A DNA stretch of 33,532 nucleotides, from the IMG/VR virus record IMGVR_UViG_3300020016_000028, positions 1 through 33,532 of that record; one strand, written 5' to 3'. Shown here piece after piece: positions 16,601 through 26,258 of the stretch (position 1 is the first letter of the stretch; each line of letters begins with the position of its first letter). Origin of the DNA: a virus (lineage: Duplodnaviria > Caudoviricetes). Position numbers and translations under genes: made by a program. Below the pieces are notes generated by a model. The model was given only the letters and a program-made list of their open reading frames with translations. It searched no databases and was not told the origin of the DNA.

Positions 16601-18856
16601 AGATAGTCCACCGGTTAGAGTAGATAGAATTCCGTTCTTGGCAAACCCTTTGATGAGATTATTGATGACCACAAGAAGTCCACCACCAAGAGCAACCTTG
16701 GCCGCCTCAATGACGGTATCCCAATCGATACCATCGAACATGTCTTTAATGGCACCACCAAGGCCGGCAAAGACAGAACTGATATCGCTCATGTTATCGC
16801 CGAGCTGATCCCCAAATATAGCAAGTCTATCGGTCAGCCAATCCCAAGCAGAACTAAGTGCCTCCGCAACCGTATGTAGCCATTCGAAACTAAGGCTCAG
16901 TCCGGTAACAGAATCAGTAACCGTGTCAACGGAAGAAGCGGCAGAACTAGCCCCTCCTCCAGCATCCCCAAAGAGACTTGTGAAGAAACCGGCGATACTG
17001 AGAGCCACGCCAGTTAGAAATTCAGTTAGCTTGTTTAGTGGAGGAATAAGGTCGGCCGAAAGCTCTATAACCCGTTCCTTGAATGCATCGATCCAAATAG
17101 CCGCCGCTACGAATGCTGGCTGAAGGGCAAAGAACACCGAAATCATGGCATCTTTGAAGGCCATTATTCCAGTCATCGCTCCGGAGAAAATTCCGCCAAA
17201 TCCGCCCATAGAGTCAATCAAAGAACCGACAAACCCAGCAACGGCATCCTTGACAACCGTAAGCAAATGTATGGGGGCAGTAAGCACTGCGGCAAGTATG
17301 TTGAAGAAATTCTCAATACCACCTTGTGTTACGAGAAGCTCTCTGATCCAACTGACGAATTCGCCAATGCCTGCGGCGATACTGAGAAGTCCTCCTCCTC
17401 CGCCACTAGCTAGTCCAAATAAGGCACTTACAAGACTTGTAAATACGTGTACAATACCCTTTACGACAGCAATGCCAATGCTGAAGATAGAGAATATACC
17501 CTTGAATATGGACTTGATCTTCTCACCAGTTTCACCACTAGCGATCATGCTGTGAGTGAAATCTCGAATAAAAGCAGAAATCTTTACAAGATTAGCCCCC
17601 ATTGATGGAGGAAAGACCTCTCGGAATGCTTCCTGGATAGGTCTTAGAACACTACCAAGAGCAACCCAAACGTTGATCAGAGATTCAACCATTGCCTGGC
17701 GTCCGCCAAAGGCTGCCCAACCTCTTAGAATTTCATTACGGGCGTTGTTATTCTCGCCAATAACTTTACCAATGCCCGCACTGATCATACTAAATAACTC
17801 TTGTGCTTCTTGGAAATTACCAATAATGATTCTGAATGAATCGGCCCATCCTGTACCGATCTGCTCTTTTGTGGTACCGAGAAGCTGAGTAAAGGTCTTT
17901 ACTTTAGTAGCTGCGTCCTGAGCAATCTTTGCCGTTGCCAGAATTTGATCGGCTACCTCTGAACTATATCCTTTAGCGACAAGCATTTCTTTCGTCATGT
18001 CGCCAGTAAAGGTACCAAGTGTGGTAGTTAGAACATCTGCCGTAACCCACCCATCCTGAAGCGTATCTCGGAACGAGTTACCAGCATCTTCCCACTGTGT
18101 GAACGTCTGGCCCATAGGAACGTCCTTAAGCGTCCCCATAGCCTTTCCAGTCTCAAACAAGGCCGTCTTCATAGCCTCGCCACCCATACCAGCATTGACG
18201 ACGGAGTTCCAGTCCATAAGTTTCATGGAACCCGTTGCAATGGCCTGAGAGAGCTGATACATGGCTGTGGACGCCTGTTCAGAGCTTGAACCAGACATGG
18301 CTGCGATATTAGCAATACCCTTGATGGATTGAACTGAAGTATCTAGATCAACACCAGCAGCAGTGAATGTTCCAATGTTCTTGGCCATCTCACCGAAATT
18401 GTAGATCGTCTTATCTGAATATTCATTCAGCTGCTGAAGAGCACCATTGACTTGATCCAGATTTGTTCCTTTACTTGCCGTATTAGCAAGAATGGTTTGA
18501 ATCGAATTAATGTTGGTCTCATACTCATGGAAACCATCAATAACATTATCAAGAGTTAAATGCTTAGCCATTTGGAGACCAGTGTCAATGGCTTTGGAGG
18601 TGATATTGGATAGAGCAGTTAGGGCAACGGTAGACAGCGCCAAGAACTTAGTATTGATGCTGTCAAGGGCCGTATGTATGGGGCTAAAATTAACCTTGCC
18701 GGCAGATGCAGAAATATCAGCAAATGCATTCTTTTGTGCATCAAAATTAAGAGCTGTCTTGAGTTTATCTAAACTGCCGATGGTTTCTCCGACCTTCTGT
18801 TGAAATACTTTGTTATCGAAGGTCATAGTTACAACGCGATTATCTACTCCGCTCAC
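13673..18856 (-). CDS. tape measure protein
   Basis: 1727 aa, Ala/Gly/Leu-rich amphipathic repeats; N-terminal tape-measure domain (YSDKTIYNF, AMYQLSQA, DWNSV). Confidence 0.95.
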   Translation of the reverse strand: MSGVDNRVVTMTFDNKVFQQKVGETIGSLDKLKTALNFDAQKNAFADISASAGKVNFSPIHTALDSINTKFLALSTVALTALSNITSKAIDTGLQMAKHLTLDNVIDGFHEYETNINSIQTILANTASKGTNLDQVNGALQQLNEYSDKTIYNFGEMAKNIGTFTAAGVDLDTSVQSIKGIANIAAMSGSSSEQASTAMYQLSQAIATGSMKLMDWNSVVNAGMGGEAMKTALFETGKAMGTLKDVPMGQTFTQWEDAGNSFRDTLQDGWVTADVLTTTLGTFTGDMTKEMLVAKGYSSEVADQILATAKIAQDAATKVKTFTQLLGTTKEQIGTGWADSFRIIIGNFQEAQELFSMISAGIGKVIGENNNARNEILRGWAAFGGRQAMVESLINVWVALGSVLRPIQEAFREVFPPSMGANLVKISAFIRDFTHSMIASGETGEKIKSIFKGIFSIFSIGIAVVKGIVHVFTSLVSALFGLASGGGGGLLSIAAGIGEFVSWIRELLVTQGGIENFFNILAAVLTAPIHLLTVVKDAVAGFVGSLIDSMGGFGGIFSGAMTGIMAFKDAMISVFFALQPAFVAAAIWIDAFKERVIELSADLIPPLNKLTEFLTGVALSIAGFFTSLFGDAGGGASSAASSVDTVTDSVTGLSLSFEWLHTVAEALSSAWDWLTDRLAIFGDQLGDNMSDISSVFAGLGGAIKDMFDGIDWDTVIEAAKVALGGGLLVVINNLIKGFAKNGILSTLTGGLSDSIKGTFDQLTGTLKSMQQQIKAQALMKIAQAIAVLVIAMIALTFVDIADLAISLTAMAVGFGELSAVMLALDKMSSSGKKLFLLSAGLILLALAMAILTSAVVKMSQVPWEELLVGLGGMAVLIGALIATTHLISGEEKPMLKAGLAMIVMALGVRALAWAMGAFTILDIPTLAQGLISVGAALGMMTLALKFIPEEEVLKKGGAMLLLSFAMGKMAGAVERFGTMDLDVLAKGFAGVGLSLLILVKAMNAMPKDLKELALGLLLVAVSLEVIVDAVRRMGDMDLWELIKGLGGLAIALYGIQLAANSMTGAMVGAQAIALMAASLLALTFVIKMMSELGLEGILVGVLGIIVVIESLAVASLFAAAAVPAMELVGGALITLGLGIMAFALSAALLAGAVYLMAQAFAILAELSEEGIKNIINAINSIIEAIPGFVSRLAKAFTDSVGSMVSMVPDLLKVIGSLLDGLLDLLHEYIPKLVDLIVMLLTELLRGIREIFPEIVDTVVELVLAMAEGIRDNVTNIVTVFLELLQNLVDIIIENIPMFVAAGLKILLAFIQGVVDNVNLLIAAGTDMLIQLLAGITNSAVQIIQAVGTMITIFITAITGEAIRIAKAGTDALIVFLGALTGDIVRIADAVTAMVATLILELGNNAKIILDAGTAALIKFLEGLNNDIKLITPHVQKLLDTIFSEMFKLTSTFAQGAKDFILKLFAEITAHTTEIMTGAKNMIVAILSAAANSFVSLVNEVLAVLTGFLDALARAVRDNSEKINTSAKNLVRALIDGVVKAFGLSEILGGLKDAVFGFFGKVVDWGKEAVGAKSPSKEYMKIGIYMVQGLGVGLQETAPAEAGAKVLASNTTRAFNDAMKKAALAMQDMDEFNPTITPVLDLTQVMQDAKALNDMSLTSPIASVSFQQANAIAHTNDRAPTETSATSTAPTVVNFEQNNYSPNALSTNDIYRLTRSQIVLAKKELNIP

Positions 18857-19227
18857 TTCGTCACCTCCTTCCAGAAGTCATCCATGATTTTGTTAAACAC
18901 CGGTTCCATGGCTGGGTTAATATAATCAATTCCGGGAACGTATCCCCCGGTGCCTGTGCCATGCCCATATTGAATTATGATTGCTATAACTACTCCATCG
19001 TTTACGTGTGTATTGAACCATTCGATGGTAGGACCCTTCTTTTCTTGAATTACTCTGAATCCCCATGAGTGTGAAGTTTCCCCCGTTTCCAATGGAGTAG
19101 CTTTAGCTAATGCGTGGACTCCTGCTTGACCATAACTACGTAATCTAACTGCAAGATTGTCATTAAGCATACGAGCTAGAAATTCATCTGCATTCTTAAA
19201 GGAGCCGCTTTCTTCAACACCAATCAC
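18853..19227 (-). CDS. neck/tail completion protein (HK97 gp10-like)
   Basis: ATP..TG.T..SW, QYGHGT and YINPA motifs. Confidence 0.7.
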   Translation of the reverse strand: MIGVEESGSFKNADEFLARMLNDNLAVRLRSYGQAGVHALAKATPLETGETSHSWGFRVIQEKKGPTIEWFNTHVNDGVVIAIIIQYGHGTGTGGYVPGIDYINPAMEPVFNKIMDDFWKEVTK

Positions 19228-19238
19228 GGCAGACCTTT

Positions 19239-19406
19239 CTATAGAATAAAGAAGGCGATGGAAATCAAGGTTACTGCGATGGCAAGAAAATTAATCGTTC
19301 TTGATCCAGCGTAATCAAACACAACTTCTATAAAAGCAATGATTGCAGCTAGAAGAAACAACACTTCTGCTGTTCCTGCTTCTCCTACTACCATGTCTGC
19401 TAACAT
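19239..19406 (-). CDS. small two-TM membrane protein (55 aa), holin-like candidate
   Basis: Hand translation MLADMVVGEAGTAEVLFLLAAIIAFIEVVFDYAGSRTINFLAIAVTLISIAFFIL; GAAAGGA RBS. Confidence 0.7.
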   Translation of the reverse strand: MLADMVVGEAGTAEVLFLLAAIIAFIEVVFDYAGSRTINFLAIAVTLISIAFFIL

Positions 19407-19420
19407 GACATTTCCTTTCG

Positions 19421-20212
19421 TTAGATGTGTATCATGAAATTCACGACGACGAACGGGGGCATGTTGTTATGCGTATTATTTGATCCAATAGTTGTTGTTG
19501 TTCCACCACCATGATTAACTGTAATGGGGTGAGAGTGATCTGAATTTTGGTTGTTGGTAAATGTATTACCATATCCCCAACCACCGCCGCCTGGAATGCT
19601 GTGAGTACTAGCTCCACCTAAACCAAACACACTGATTCCATGGGCGTGACCAACATCGTTGGCACCACTACTAGCGCTGTGATTATGCCAAAGATCATGA
19701 CTATGTTGAGCCATCTCAGCCGTGGTTAATTGATGCGCTAGTTCACCGCCTTGATTGTATCCAAGTACATTATATGGGGCATTACCCAGTCCAAAAGGCA
19801 TTCTAGTGCTGAGATTTGGAAGCGTGAACGTTGATGTGCCATTTCCATTACCATAATTTATTCCAATAACAGCAAATAAAGCGGCATATTGCGTTCTGCT
19901 AACCATTGCTCCATCACACTTTAACCAATCCGATGGGACCGTTGGCCCACCAAACATCATAAGCATTCCTGGCTTGAACATTGCCGCAGTCAAGGCAGCT
20001 GACTGTGCGGCCATTGCTGCATCTAGTTCAGCTTGGGAAACTTCACCGGTATCGCCTTTAATTCCCTGTGGACCGCGAACACTTCCGGCGTCAATTTCTG
20101 TTCCCTCTCGAGTAACCAAAATAAGGTTATCGGTTCGAACCTCACCATCAACAACGGTGGTATCTTCAATGATCTTCATTCGGTTAGCAGTATATCCAGT
20201 AACTGTTGCCAT
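19421..20212 (-). CDS. tail fibre protein with tail-collar domain
   Basis: WLKCDG..VSRTQYAALFAVIG..YG.G.G.STFTLPNL (tail collar), HxH repeats, HNNMPPF end, short GxY segment. Confidence 0.85.
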   Translation of the reverse strand: MATVTGYTANRMKIIEDTTVVDGEVRTDNLILVTREGTEIDAGSVRGPQGIKGDTGEVSQAELDAAMAAQSAALTAAMFKPGMLMMFGGPTVPSDWLKCDGAMVSRTQYAALFAVIGINYGNGNGTSTFTLPNLSTRMPFGLGNAPYNVLGYNQGGELAHQLTTAEMAQHSHDLWHNHSASSGANDVGHAHGISVFGLGGASTHSIPGGGGWGYGNTFTNNQNSDHSHPITVNHGGGTTTTIGSNNTHNNMPPFVVVNFMIHI

Positions 20213-21036
20213 TAATCCCCCTTTCGTGGGATGTCTGTTACGTCCATTACATCCGAGATTTGATAAGTATCTTCATCAAGATATGTCGCATTGGCATTCA
20301 CGATTTCAAATGCTTGATCTGGAAGGAATCGAATGTTATAACCCTCTTGATATTCCAAGGCCGACCAGGTTCCATCGCCATGATCTGTGATCTTGAGTCT
20401 GAACCATGTATCTACAAACTCAATCAGATCAAGAATATCAATAAGCGATGGGTCTCTTTCGTCAGTTCCGTACAATATCTCTTCAATATCCTCAAGAAGC
20501 CACGGGTCCATTTTTCTAGAATCAAATACTAAATGTGATGTTGGTCTAAATCCAAGAGTGTCTGAGGGAATTGATGTTAGATCCCATTCAAATTCAACAA
20601 GTTCTGGAGAATCAGACAATGAGGCATATGTTGTGTCAGTTGGGATTGCCGTTACATTATAAATTACATGAAGGGTGTATCCATCAACACCTTCTACATC
20701 ATTACCATTTAAAGTTCGATAACAAAGACTAAACGATTGCATCTTTTGATCTCGAAAGTACAATCCTGGCCTTAGATCAACGATTCCTTCTAACCGTAAA
20801 AATTCATCCGGATAAGTCACTGCTTTCATGGTAGCTGAAAAATTACCAAGTTTCACGAAGTCATTTATCTTACGACCATCAAAGAAAATTTCTTCTACTT
20901 CATTCTTAAAGCTTTCTTGAATTTCAGTTAGTCCGTTCCAAACTACTCCGGAGCCATCTTCCAAATAAAGAACGCCTCGGTCTAATCCATACTCAAAAGT
21001 GTGTTCCCCTACTTTATCCCAAACAAGTTTTGTCAT
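20212..21036 (-). CDS. major tail protein paralogue with C-terminal extension
   Basis: LVWD..G.DRGVLY, WNGLT, TYPDEF, F.L.YRT and LHVIY shared with 21613-22476; start at ATG 21036 after GAAAGGAGG. Confidence 0.8.
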   Translation of the reverse strand: MTKLVWDKVGEHTFEYGLDRGVLYLEDGSGVVWNGLTEIQESFKNEVEEIFFDGRKINDFVKLGNFSATMKAVTYPDEFLRLEGIVDLRPGLYFRDQKMQSFSLCYRTLNGNDVEGVDGYTLHVIYNVTAIPTDTTYASLSDSPELVEFEWDLTSIPSDTLGFRPTSHLVFDSRKMDPWLLEDIEEILYGTDERDPSLIDILDLIEFVDTWFRLKITDHGDGTWSALEYQEGYNIRFLPDQAFEIVNANATYLDEDTYQISDVMDVTDIPRKGD

Positions 21037-21047
21037 CGAGCCTCCTT

Positions 21048-21590
21048 TCATCCAGTTGAATTTAGTTGAGCCCTGCGTTGTGCGTTCAAATCTCGATTCC
21101 TTTGGGCCATTTCAGCACGAGACATCTTCTTTGGTTTCGAATTCTTTATGTTACAGATTCGAATCAAAGCAAACAGTCTATTCAAATGCCAATACTGACA
21201 TTCAAAGGGAATGTTGAAGGCAACAAGCCAATAATAAACTAGTTCGGATGTGATTGTTTCACCACGACCCGTTGTCTCTGGCATGATTCCAAAGGTAGTT
21301 GCGGATTGTTTCGACTCGATGTATTGATTTATCTGGTTTAACTTCTCTTGTGTTAACCTACGAATACTTGCTGGGTCGTAATCTTGAGTTATAACCATTG
21401 CTTCGATATAGGAGAAGATTTCATTTGACGTTTTCTCTCCAGGACTAAGAAAAGGCTTTTCGAAAATTGACTCCCATTTTGACAGTGAAACCAAAGAGTG
21501 CTCAAACTCTAAAGTGGTGTCGCCAACAGTTGAGAAAGTGTTGGTTGTTTCATCATAAAATTCAGTTCCTTCGATGATTAATGTAAGCAC
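21048..21590 (-). CDS. putative tail assembly chaperone
   Basis: Follows the major tail gene; EHSLVSLSKWE, ITSELVYYW, WHLNRL motifs. Function inferred from position. Confidence 0.6.
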   Translation of the reverse strand: MLTLIIEGTEFYDETTNTFSTVGDTTLEFEHSLVSLSKWESIFEKPFLSPGEKTSNEIFSYIEAMVITQDYDPASIRRLTQEKLNQINQYIESKQSATTFGIMPETTGRGETITSELVYYWLVAFNIPFECQYWHLNRLFALIRICNIKNSKPKKMSRAEMAQRNRDLNAQRRAQLNSTG

Positions 21591-21612
21591 TCTTTGGCCT
21601 CCTATCTTTTAA

Positions 21613-22476
21613 TCAAGTAAAGGTGAAGAGCCAGTCATCATCAGTGACCGCCGGGAAGACATAGCCCGATGCCGGACGAGCATTAACCACCGTGTTCTCT
21701 GTGATGGTAACATCGCCAGCAGGCTTGAGCTGTCCCTCAATGTAATACTCAACTCCAACAACCGAGGGGACGGTAACGACGTTACCGACTGCCGACGGGG
21801 CCACTGGTGTCACCAAGGTCTGATTTCCGGTAAAGAGCCCAAGGACAGAATCAGGAAGGGGCAAGGACGGATCGGTGCCTGCTGTTCCATAAAGAAGTCC
21901 CTCAAGGGCCGCAAGATCTCCTGATGAGACCTGAGTTGAATCGACTACGATCAATGAGGTCGGCTTGAATCCAGTTACTGCCGTTGGGACCGTTGCCACT
22001 TCCCAACTGAAGGTAATGGCCTCTGGTGAATCATTGATCGTGGCATATGCCTTCTCTGATGGACTGGCCGTTGCACCATAAATCAGATGAAGCTTGTACC
22101 CGTAATCATCTCCCTGAAGATCATTACCAAGCTTCGTCCTGTACGACAGACCAAAAGCCTTACGGGACTGCTGTCCAACAATGACGCCAGGCGCAGGAAC
22201 GCCAAGACCATCAAATGGAGCAAACTCGTCCGGGTAAGTAAAGGCTTCGATGGTCGCACCGAACTCTTCGGCTGAGTACAGATTCAGGTACTTGATGTTA
22301 TCCGCATACTGCGCATTTGCTTCGCCACCAGCAGGACTCTCGGTAACGGTAGTAAGGCCGTTCCAAGCAAATCCGTTGGTGTATGCACCAAACTGGTCTG
22401 GAATGTAAAGGACTCCGTGATCAACGCCGGTTTCATACGTGCGCTGGCCGCTCTGGTCCCAAACGAGGGTTGCCAT
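21613..22476 (-). CDS. major tail protein
   Basis: YADNIKY, YKLHLIYGA.ASPSE..Y.T; C-terminal Ig-like beta domain. Confidence 0.88.
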   Translation of the reverse strand: MATLVWDQSGQRTYETGVDHGVLYIPDQFGAYTNGFAWNGLTTVTESPAGGEANAQYADNIKYLNLYSAEEFGATIEAFTYPDEFAPFDGLGVPAPGVIVGQQSRKAFGLSYRTKLGNDLQGDDYGYKLHLIYGATASPSEKAYATINDSPEAITFSWEVATVPTAVTGFKPTSLIVVDSTQVSSGDLAALEGLLYGTAGTDPSLPLPDSVLGLFTGNQTLVTPVAPSAVGNVVTVPSVVGVEYYIEGQLKPAGDVTITENTVVNARPASGYVFPAVTDDDWLFTFT

Positions 22477-22488
22477 GGGTTTCTCCTT

Positions 22489-22794
22489 TTAGAAAAACAG
22501 TTTGTAAACGTCGTGGTTAAGGTTATCCGCCGCATAGAATCGGTCATACACGCACAAAGGTAGTTCGCCGACCTTTTCCGGGATTGCACTATCTGGGTCT
22601 CTATCAATGACCGTTACTTGATACCTCGTCTTCCTCTTGTATGGCTTATTGTCCGCATGGGTCGTGTCTATATCATCACGATTGTACACAATGCATGGAT
22701 AAGTCATCTGAACAGTAGGAGGAGGCTGAAAATAAACGTCATTGGTACCCAGAATATCAACTAACACACTCTGGAGTTCAAGGCGTTGGGCCAT
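22489..22794 (-). CDS. tail terminator/completion protein
   Basis: VYFQPP..YPCIVY motif; position before the major tail gene. Confidence 0.75.
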   Translation of the reverse strand: MAQRLELQSVLVDILGTNDVYFQPPPTVQMTYPCIVYNRDDIDTTHADNKPYKRKTRYQVTVIDRDPDSAIPEKVGELPLCVYDRFYAADNLNHDVYKLFF

Positions 22795-23107
22795 TGTAGA
22801 CGCTCCCTAAACTAAGGATGAGGCGAGGGCTCTGAACCTGTACACTTGATACCGTCCATAGAACCCCCGCCCACCTCACGTATTTGATCTTAAAGAAGTG
22901 TTCGACAGCGTACTGATCAGCAACAATGCTAATCGAATTTCCAACAGAAATGTCATTATTAAGTAGTTCTCCTTCTTCCAGCCTACGAGTATTTCTGATA
23001 ACATCACCGGTATATACAAATTCAGTGATTTCATCAACCCATACACCAGATCCCGCCGGAGTTTCTACTGCTTCTCCATAACCGACTTCTCCGCTAAATC
23101 GTGCCAT
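22778..23107 (-). CDS. head closure (head-to-tail stopper-like) protein
   Basis: ~109 aa beta-rich protein between capsid and tail terminator. Confidence 0.65.
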   Translation of the reverse strand: MARFSGEVGYGEAVETPAGSGVWVDEITEFVYTGDVIRNTRRLEEGELLNNDISVGNSISIVADQYAVEHFFKIKYVRWAGVLWTVSSVQVQSPRLILSLGSVYNGPTP

Positions 23108-23128
23108 CAAAACTCCTTCTAATCGATA

Positions 23129-24997
23129 TTACGACTCCTTCTTGGAGCCCTTTGTACCGGTGGTAGCGGTGGTGGCTTCCGGATCTTCAGAAATTCCAGG
23201 TCCGGGGAGGGAACCATGCTGCGGCGGAACACTCTGACGCTCATTCAGCGGCTCAGGCACAATGGCATGAACAGTACCAGCCGGCGGAGGAACAAATGTT
23301 CCCTGCTTGATAACAATGGCCGACTTCAACTTAACCAAAGCACCAGAGACACGAGTCTCAATGAGGTACTTGTACTGGTTATAGTCGATATCGAAGTCAT
23401 CGAAGAGACTGACCTGTCCACCCTTATCGGCACCAATAACGTAGTCGTTCATGTTCACAATGATCGCCAAAGGCTGGCCAGCCGCCGGATCGAACACATC
23501 AACCGGAACAACGGAGGCAACACGAATCTCAGAAGCAAACTGCTCGAGCGAGGTATAGATTCGACGACCAAGCGTATCCTTGAGAAGCATGACCTGTGAA
23601 ATGAGATGCTCGCTGGTGTACAATGTCGGAGTACCAGTGCCACGATACTGTGAACGCCACTGAATGATCGCATCCACGAAATCCGAAATATCACCGGCGG
23701 CCATGTCAACCAAGACAGTCATGGTGAACAGAGGGTCATCCTTGGCGATGGGACGAATACGATCCTCGAGGATCTTGTCGGCATCTGGAAGGGTACGGCC
23801 ATCTCCAAGAAGAATGGCACGAGCCAACTCCTCATCAAGCATGAGCCTCATCTCACCCTTCATCCAGGCAACCACATCGAAGTCAGTGATGTCGATGATA
23901 TCATCGCGATCCAGCTTCTGCTTCTTGTAAATGGTCTGAGGACCGGTCTCACGACGTGCGGTTCCGTAGAACTCTTCCTGCTTCTCTTCTCCGGTGATGT
24001 AACCCTTCGCACGAGCATCATCATACGTAAGATCTGCCCAGTGAGTCTTCACTCGACTAAAGGGGCTCTTACGAGCGCCATTGAGAACCGAATTCACCCA
24101 CTCAGTCCGACGAGTGTAGAACTCCGGAGCCGTGGTGAGTGCCTGAGCCTCTGGGAAGAGAGTATCGATCTGATTGATGCCGTGAGCCAGAGCGTAGTTC
24201 TGGACAGACTCCTTCAGCGAGCCAGTCTTGGTAGCATCTGCCACAATTCCAGCAACATCAGCATGAGAGAGAATTGGCGACGTATCGGTCTTTCCCTCTT
24301 CTTGCTCGAAAACGTTACGGGTCATTTCATTGCCTTCCTGATCGGATTCGTTAGTGGAATCATTCATGTTGTCTTGTGCTACTGGTTCTGATTCTGGAAC
24401 GGTTGCATCTGCCGCAAGAGCTTGTTGAACAAGATATGCAACGACCGTCTTTTCCTTTTCGCTCATTCCATCGTAGATTTCCTGAACGGTTTCTTCACCT
24501 TCATCGGCGGTGTCATCAGCAGGAGCGTCGCCTTCTGCGTGCTCAAGTTCAAGACCCGTATAAATAATTACTTCGTCATCAAGAGATTCAACGTCACCAT
24601 CTGAATGTCGAATAGTAACACTTTCAATAACTGCTCCAGGATTAGCTCCAGAGAGAACAAGACTGACTTCACGGATAGCTCCATGAATGACTCGTCCAGA
24701 TCGCTCAATGAGATCATTAGCCCAAATAGACAACATGTTAATGTCGCCATGCTCTAGAAGACTATGAGAATGCTTTGCCTTTTCAGAATCATTGAAGTAA
24801 CCATAGGTGTAAACACCATCTTCACGATTCTCGAGAATGGCATGACCAAGAACGTTCTCCGGGTCAGTATGTCCATGCTGCCAGACGAGAGGAACCTTCA
24901 TCTTGTCCTGATGCTTGAATGCGTCAGGCATGATGGTTCGACCGTCGGAGCACTTGAGCCCCGCCTTAGTGGCGTAGCCGCTGAAATCAGCTTCCAT
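23129..24997 (-). CDS. prohead protease - major capsid protein fusion
   Basis: N-terminal HK97-type protease (FSGYA, VPLVWQH, LSI, REVSLV..GANP), acidic linker, HK97-fold capsid (LDEELARAILLGDG). Start ATG 24997 after GAAAGGA. Confidence 0.9.
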   Translation of the reverse strand: MEADFSGYATKAGLKCSDGRTIMPDAFKHQDKMKVPLVWQHGHTDPENVLGHAILENREDGVYTYGYFNDSEKAKHSHSLLEHGDINMLSIWANDLIERSGRVIHGAIREVSLVLSGANPGAVIESVTIRHSDGDVESLDDEVIIYTGLELEHAEGDAPADDTADEGEETVQEIYDGMSEKEKTVVAYLVQQALAADATVPESEPVAQDNMNDSTNESDQEGNEMTRNVFEQEEGKTDTSPILSHADVAGIVADATKTGSLKESVQNYALAHGINQIDTLFPEAQALTTAPEFYTRRTEWVNSVLNGARKSPFSRVKTHWADLTYDDARAKGYITGEEKQEEFYGTARRETGPQTIYKKQKLDRDDIIDITDFDVVAWMKGEMRLMLDEELARAILLGDGRTLPDADKILEDRIRPIAKDDPLFTMTVLVDMAAGDISDFVDAIIQWRSQYRGTGTPTLYTSEHLISQVMLLKDTLGRRIYTSLEQFASEIRVASVVPVDVFDPAAGQPLAIIVNMNDYVIGADKGGQVSLFDDFDIDYNQYKYLIETRVSGALVKLKSAIVIKQGTFVPPPAGTVHAIVPEPLNERQSVPPQHGSLPGPGISEDPEATTATTGTKGSKKES

Positions 24998-26237
24998 TTT
25001 GACGTTCCTTTCCAAGAGCTAAAGCCACTGGAATTTGTTCTGGTTGTGGCGTGGGCATGTTGCTGTTTACGAGTTGATCTGCTTTCGGATCGGTCGATGG
25101 AGGAATTCCCATAAACCCTCTGATCTCATTCGAGGTCAGGATTTCGTTCCTTGTGAACTTATCAGCGATCTCAGCGATCTCTGAAACAGGAACCAACTTA
25201 AACGGATCTCGAAAGTAACGAATTCTTTCACGATTAGCCACTCCAAGTGGACCAAGGAATGATCTCTGCATTGATTCGACAACGGAATCAACAATAGGTT
25301 CGATGGTCCTATTGAAATAGTTGATCATTGTCTTCTCGTCAGCGGTACCACTCATGATTTCATTGGTGATACCTAGCTGGTCATACAACATGCCGGTTAG
25401 GAACTCGACCTGGGCAAGGAGGTTGTTCTCTGCCGGGCGATTCAATTGGGTGATCTTCTCACTACCATCAGTATAGGCAATGCCGTACCTACTACCCTTC
25501 AATTGGAACTCAATGTCTTGCCGTCGTTGCTCTGCCTGCTGTCGGCGAGCCTCAGACTTAATGACATAAGGCAACTGAATGATAATATCGAGCTTTCCAG
25601 AGCCAGACTGTTCATCGACTGCATCCAAAAGACCTAGTTTATGGATAAGTCTTTGAAGCGTTGAATTTGGCTCATTCATTACTGCATACAAAGGATTTTC
25701 AACAATAGCAACCATACGTTTCTCAAGCGTAACATCTTGTCGTGCACCCTTTGCTTCATTATATAGACTAACCTTGACATGCTTTGGATACCAAGCAGTG
25801 ATTTCTCCAACTCGGAGCGTGTAAATCTCAACTCGCTCGTGAGTAATTGGATTGTCACCAGTATCAACAGGAACGATTGCCGCACACCCCTTATCGAAAA
25901 GTGTCAGCGCAATATCTTGTCGAAAAGCTCGTGGAGATTGGTCAAGATTGGGCTCAAGAGTCAAAGTTCGATTAAGAAAACTGTCAATATCCTCCGCATA
26001 TCGTCCAATTTCATCTAACTTAACATGACGCAAACCAATACCAGCAACATCAATGCTGATTCGATTATAAATGGAGGAAATGATAGAACGTTCATTGAAA
26101 AACGTCATCTTTACACGATCCGGCTTATATCCATAGCTCGGACCCATAGTGTTACCGAAATATTGGTAATCATCACGCTCATTAGACGATGAACGGAAGA
26201 CATTCCATGCTTTCTTAAATCTATCTCTGATAGCCAC
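24987..26237 (-). CDS. portal protein
   Basis: 416 aa between terminase and protease-capsid; ILTSNEIR..G.PP C-terminal motif of HK97-type portals. Confidence 0.9.
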   Translation of the reverse strand: MAIRDRFKKAWNVFRSSSNERDDYQYFGNTMGPSYGYKPDRVKMTFFNERSIISSIYNRISIDVAGIGLRHVKLDEIGRYAEDIDSFLNRTLTLEPNLDQSPRAFRQDIALTLFDKGCAAIVPVDTGDNPITHERVEIYTLRVGEITAWYPKHVKVSLYNEAKGARQDVTLEKRMVAIVENPLYAVMNEPNSTLQRLIHKLGLLDAVDEQSGSGKLDIIIQLPYVIKSEARRQQAEQRRQDIEFQLKGSRYGIAYTDGSEKITQLNRPAENNLLAQVEFLTGMLYDQLGITNEIMSGTADEKTMINYFNRTIEPIVDSVVESMQRSFLGPLGVANRERIRYFRDPFKLVPVSEIAEIADKFTRNEILTSNEIRGFMGIPPSTDPKADQLVNSNMPTPQPEQIPVALALGKERQNGS

Positions 26238-26258
26238 GTTGATTCACCTCCTCAATGA

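Noticed and set aside
14121-18803. Many plus-strand ORFs antisense to the tape measure gene (and similar ORFs elsewhere)
   Set aside because: Shadow frames of long genuine genes, with no protein motifs.
21048-21613. Programmed frameshift tail chaperone pair
   Set aside because: Only one ORF at this position and no overlapping second frame or clear slippery site seen.
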